Shown here piece after piece: positions 34,528 to 37,898 of a stretch of 37,898 bases of DNA. This stretch comes from an uncultured Lachnospira sp. GTDB taxonomy: Bacteria; Bacillota; Clostridia; Lachnospirales; Lachnospiraceae. The translations under genes were made by a program, and so were the position numbers. The first letter of the stretch is position 1. Every line of letters begins with the position of its first letter. A model generated the notes under the pieces. That model did not search any database. It was not told the origin of the DNA and saw only the letters and a program-made list of their open reading frames with translations. The DNA is taken from the NCBI GenBank assembly GCA_947306285.1, contig CAMZGB010000001.1, positions 1 to 37,898 of the forward strand, given 5' to 3'.

Positions 34528-35139
34528 TTAATCGACTGCGTCAATTATAAGTTTCATTTTGATTTTCTTACTAGAAGATAGGTTACTAATGAAAGAGACC
34601 AGCTCAGTAAATGACAAAGAAGCTTCAATCTCAAGATGGTCCAGTCCTTCGATCTGCTTGACTTCTTGCTTGCCTTCACGATTAACAACCCCCGTTCCGT
34701 TACTGTTGCTTTCAGAGCTTAAACTTATAGCGTTTTTGAAATTGGTAACATTCTCTGCGCGACTATGTTTTTCAGTAATATTGATAAGCCGTTTATAATA
34801 TTCTTTTTTGCGTATGTATGCATATAAAGCTGTTCCAGTAATTCTAAATAATTCTTTGGCAATAGCGGCCATTCCAACTTTATACTTTTTTATGATAGTT
34901 ACTAAATACGCTTCTTGAATATCATCAGGCATGGATTTGAACTCCGGGTAAGAATAAAACGAATTCATCTGCCACGTCACGGTTGGCCCATTAAGTTTTC
35001 TCTTTTGAGCCGGAGTTAAATAGTCGCTCGGCAAAGTGCACTGCTTGCTTTTTGCTCCATTCTTTTTATGGAAAGCGCCAGTTCCGACCGATTTACGTTC
35101 TTTAGCAGTTTGGTTGAATACAAATTCCTCGTTAGTCAT
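34528..35139 (-). CDS. Hypothetical basic protein
   Basis: GAAAGGGG RBS; LPSDYLT..Q...LNG motif. Confidence 0.75.
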   Translation of the reverse strand: MTNEEFVFNQTAKERKSVGTGAFHKKNGAKSKQCTLPSDYLTPAQKRKLNGPTVTWQMNSFYSYPEFKSMPDDIQEAYLVTIIKKYKVGMAAIAKELFRITGTALYAYIRKKEYYKRLINITEKHSRAENVTNFKNAISLSSESNSNGTGVVNREGKQEVKQIEGLDHLEIEASLSFTELVSFISNLSSSKKIKMKLIIDAVD

Positions 35140-35164
35140 TTTTTAAATCCCCTTTCAAAAAATA

Positions 35165-35243
35165 AGAAGAGAGAGACTATTTTTAACAACCTATTCATTC
35201 TATTAGATTGTTGGTCACAAAGACCATATAATCTCTCTCTTCT
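35165..35243 (-). ncRNA. Promoter-proximal three-way-junction small RNA/attenuator
   Basis: 16-bp closing stem AGAAGAGAGAGATTAT/ATAGTCTCTCTCTTCT with two internal hairpins, then TATTTTT. Confidence 0.55.
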
Positions 35244-35269
35244 ACTATAAGGGATGAAAATTTTACGAA
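35240..35269 (-). promoter_or_regulatory. Phage promoter-like motif, copy 10
   Basis: TTCGTAAAATTTTCATCCCTTATAGTAGAA. Confidence 0.8.
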
Positions 35270-35445
35270 TTGCTAGAAATATCAGCACGAGTATTCCATG
35301 AGTCCTCGGCTTGTTCAAGCGTCTTGTACAGTGGCTGCTCAATTCTGCAGCCTCCGCACTTTAAATACCATTCATTTGTATCGTGTATTTTGATTTCTTC
35401 AATCTCCACGCACCCACAAAACGGGCAAGGTTTTAAAATGCCCAT
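35263..35445 (-). CDS. Lar-family restriction alleviation-like protein
   Basis: LKPCPFCG...CGGC...A..SWNTR pattern. Confidence 0.75.
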   Translation of the reverse strand: MGILKPCPFCGCVEIEEIKIHDTNEWYLKCGGCRIEQPLYKTLEQAEDSWNTRADISSNS

Positions 35446-35449
35446 ACCT

Positions 35450-35770
35450 TTACTCCGCAGAGTCCGTTAAAATAGCATCCGCGTCTTCTGCTTCGCCATA
35501 AAGCTGCTCTCGAAGATCATTTGCCTCATGCAGCATGATTCGATAGCTCTCTTCGGCATCCTTAATAGCATTTGCCTGCTTAACTTCGGGGAGACCAGCG
35601 ATAGAGGTAAGAATGGATAAGATTCCAGCCAGCAACGATGCGCTCAGCACCTGCATCCAGTCAATATCGCTCATAAACTTGCCAACACTAATGAGCGCCA
35701 CCGCAGTCTGAGCAACGGTCTTCAGGGCACGAATACCCGCAGATTTAACCCAAGTCCAATCAATCTTCAT
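35450..35770 (-). CDS. Holin (r1t-like)
   Basis: AGIRALKTVAQTAVA...SILTSIAGLPEV motif; adjacent to the endolysin. Confidence 0.88.
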   Translation of the reverse strand: MKIDWTWVKSAGIRALKTVAQTAVALISVGKFMSDIDWMQVLSASLLAGILSILTSIAGLPEVKQANAIKDAEESYRIMLHEANDLREQLYGEAEDADAILTDSAE

Positions 35771-36072
35771 GATACCACTTCCATTTCTTTAATTTCTTGA
35801 TAGATTTTATCAATAAAGGAATTACCCTTTAAAGACTTATAAGCATTATAGCAATAGACAAAAGATTCGTATTCATACTGACGAATTTTACCAGAATCTT
35901 TATTATGGTAGTATATACGTAGCATTTCGCCTCGTAATACGCACTTTATTCCATCCTGGTAGTGCTTGGTGCCAAATACTTTTTCCCGAATCGGCTTGAC
36001 TATCACCAAAATAGCAGTAATTGCGCTTAACGATAAAGAGCAAAACTGTATAATTTGTAGAAGATCACCCAC
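35767..36072 (-). CDS. Holin/antiholin-like membrane protein
   Basis: N-terminal TM; LR..M...Y and Y..YK.LKGNS motifs; in the lysis module. Confidence 0.65.
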   Translation of the reverse strand: MGDLLQIIQFCSLSLSAITAILVIVKPIREKVFGTKHYQDGIKCVLRGEMLRIYYHNKDSGKIRQYEYESFVYCYNAYKSLKGNSFIDKIYQEIKEMEVVS

Positions 36073-36088
36073 AGCTTAAGACCTACCT

Positions 36089-36994
36089 TTACCCTTTATA
36101 TAACTCCTCATATGTCTTTGGCCCAATAACGCCGTCATCAACTAATTTCCGATCCTTCTGGAATAAGCGAACAGCAATATCCATCTTAGGGCCAAAAGTT
36201 TCATCATAAGAAGGAATAAAGTCGGCATAATAGCCAAGGTCACTTAATATCAGCATTGCATTGCGAACGTCTCGTCCAACCATACCTTTTTTAAGCACCT
36301 GAAGCTCTGGCGTGCAAACAACATTTTTTGCAGTTCCAGAACTTCCATTTTGAATGCCCATAAGCGCAGCCACATCCTTTCGAACATCGTCCATAGTTTT
36401 ATTATGCTTTGAGAACCAATGCATAACATCGACATGCCCAGAGCCAAGACCTAGCTTATAGCTGTCATAATGACAAAGAATAGTTGGAACATTGATGCCA
36501 CTTACTTTTACTGTGCCAAGTGGATCAATTGAAAACTGTTTACATAAATAGGCAGTCAGTTCGCATGCCTCTTTATATACAGCATTAAAGTACGTCGCAT
36601 CTTTAAGATTGTCTTCGCATATCTCGAACTGAATCCAGCCATTATTACAAGAACCATTTTTACCAGATCCGCAACCCCATGGCCTATAATTCCATGGCAT
36701 GGTCTGAACTGCGGCAACAGATCCGTTTGCCAGTTTGCCAATCCAGGCGTTTAACCCAGCTTCAACATGCTTGTGGTTCCAGTCGTTCTCATTGCCATTT
36801 CGTCCTATTAAGTTCATGAGAATATTATAGCTATCTGCGTCATCATCGGGCTGCACATATCGCTTAAGATTTGGGTTGTTTGCTCCAGTGGAGTGCCACA
36901 GAACACCCTTTATAGCCATTTGACGAGTACCTTGGTAACATGTAGACTGAGTCATTATGCACTTAATAGGCGGGTTACTAGAGGAGTACTTCAT
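36089..36994 (-). CDS. N-acetylmuramoyl-L-alanine amidase endolysin with a C-terminal peptidoglycan-binding domain
   Basis: WHST, IQFEICED, LCH...HVD Amidase_2 motifs; AVRLFQ...DGVIGPKT (PG_binding_1). Confidence 0.92.
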   Translation of the reverse strand: MKYSSSNPPIKCIMTQSTCYQGTRQMAIKGVLWHSTGANNPNLKRYVQPDDDADSYNILMNLIGRNGNENDWNHKHVEAGLNAWIGKLANGSVAAVQTMPWNYRPWGCGSGKNGSCNNGWIQFEICEDNLKDATYFNAVYKEACELTAYLCKQFSIDPLGTVKVSGINVPTILCHYDSYKLGLGSGHVDVMHWFSKHNKTMDDVRKDVAALMGIQNGSSGTAKNVVCTPELQVLKKGMVGRDVRNAMLILSDLGYYADFIPSYDETFGPKMDIAVRLFQKDRKLVDDGVIGPKTYEELYKG

Positions 36995-37564
36995 TTAATC
37001 ACCACCCTCCGCCTTCTTTTCATACCAATTAATGCTAGAGATTACGCTAAGCTTCTTATAGTCAATATAGCTCACTCCATGATTCCAATTGTCATAGACA
37101 GTAATGAACTGGCCATTACTATACTCGACGTACCCGATCACAGTCACACTATGGTTAAAGTAATAATCTCTACCATCTTTCCAAATGTTTAACACAGCAT
37201 AGGTTCCATTATCAACAAGCTTTCGAATCTTATTAAAATTCCATCCGATGCCTTTACCGTATGCAGATTTGCAGGTGCCTTCCATTTTGAATTCTTTAAG
37301 ACAGTCTCTCATGATGGCTTTAACTGTAGTTGGAATTGTGCCCCAGCGTTTACCATCATAAGCTCTCTTTTTGGCAAACCGCTCAATGTCGTAATATTTG
37401 TCAGCACCAAAAATAAACGCAAGGCACGTTAGCGTACAGTCAAGGTCGTCACCATAATCTTTCTGAAGCAAGTCCTTTTTTCCGCTAATGGTTTTTGTGG
37501 CAATATGCTGCTTAAGTAATGGATACTCTTTAGCAAGATTCAGTGGATATAATCGTTTTCCCAT
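36995..37564 (-). CDS. Papain-like (C39-like) peptidase
   Basis: LLQ...DCTLTC, NHSVTVIGY and VYDNW (Q-C-H-D); likely ATG 37564. Confidence 0.65.
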   Translation of the reverse strand: MGKRLYPLNLAKEYPLLKQHIATKTISGKKDLLQKDYGDDLDCTLTCLAFIFGADKYYDIERFAKKRAYDGKRWGTIPTTVKAIMRDCLKEFKMEGTCKSAYGKGIGWNFNKIRKLVDNGTYAVLNIWKDGRDYYFNHSVTVIGYVEYSNGQFITVYDNWNHGVSYIDYKKLSVISSINWYEKKAEGGD

Positions 37565-37642
37565 ATAAAGCACCCCTTTCTATTTAATATGGTTCACCAG
37601 TGATTTTAAAAAACTTATAATGATGTTCATACCCATCCCCAC

Positions 37643-37898
37643 TTATGACGCCACAACCGGCGGATTGGTGGTGTAGTATGTAGTGTTGATGCTCGGGTTA
37701 CTTTTAAATGTACCGCCGGTGCCGCTAAACATGTAGGAGTTCCAACTGCTGGCTGTCGTGCCGGTGCCTGAACTTGGGATGCGATATTCGTAAATATATA
37801 CCCCGGTTGAGGTGCTGGAGAATTTCAGAGACGTACAATTCCGGAACATATACTCATAGCAGTAAGAAGCCAGAGTAGTTGCTGGAAGTGCCGGAGCA
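37643..37898 (-). CDS. 3' end of a BspA/LRR-type repeat protein (probable tail/surface protein), truncated by the window
   Basis: Frame open to the window edge: APALPATTLASYCYEYMFRNCTSL repeat unit. Confidence 0.7.
   Translation of the reverse strand, partial: APALPATTLASYCYEYMFRNCTSLKFSSTSTGVYIYEYRIPSSGTGTTASSWNSYMFSGTGGTFKSNPSINTTYYTTNPPVVAS

Noticed and set aside
1464..37192. Plus-strand ORFs and nested alternative-frame minus ORFs in the ORF track
   Set aside because: They are shadows overlapping well-supported minus-strand genes, with no recognisable motifs.
37643..37898. DGR target region at the C-terminus of the LRR protein
   Set aside because: No template repeat or RT is visible in this window; it cannot be assessed.
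1..37898. Alternative genetic code or stop-codon reassignment
   Set aside because: Long conserved genes are intact under the standard code and no suppressor tRNA was found.

Overview
This window is the right-hand arm of a Gram-positive tailed dsDNA phage genome, read on the minus strand; every credible gene is on '-'. The host is probably a Clostridia/Firmicutes species (inferred). In transcription order it holds the 3' end of an LRR-type tail/surface protein, a lysis module (C39-like peptidase, amidase endolysin, two holin-like genes) and a cluster of tRNAs and structured RNAs. An accessory region follows, with small promoter-gene-terminator cassettes, glyA, five pentapeptide-repeat paralogs and an ADP-ribosylglycohydrolase. 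After that come DUF6353-like paralogs, an iteron-like putative origin, a helicase-primase-PolB fusion, SSB, an SF2 helicase, VRR-NUC and PD-(D/E)XK nucleases, a 911-aa protein, and a 63/51-bp tandem repeat next to a probable genome end. From recall, not a search, the gene order resembles Lactococcus phage 1706 / Rhodococcus ReqiPepy6-like siphoviruses. The main highlight is an apparent self-contained transcription system. It comprises a YonO/QDE-1-like single-chain two-barrel RNA polymerase (GADFDGD), ten copies of a non-sigma70 promoter-like motif (TTCGTA-N14-TATAAT), a shared terminator family, and a stand-alone 100-aa copy of the polymerase's post-catalytic helices. The second highlight is a set of tRNA-mimic RNAs. 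One is a circularly permuted tRNA-Pro-derived element closed by a 14-bp stem (YrlA-like topology). Another is an anticodon-less tRNA-like leader upstream of glyA.
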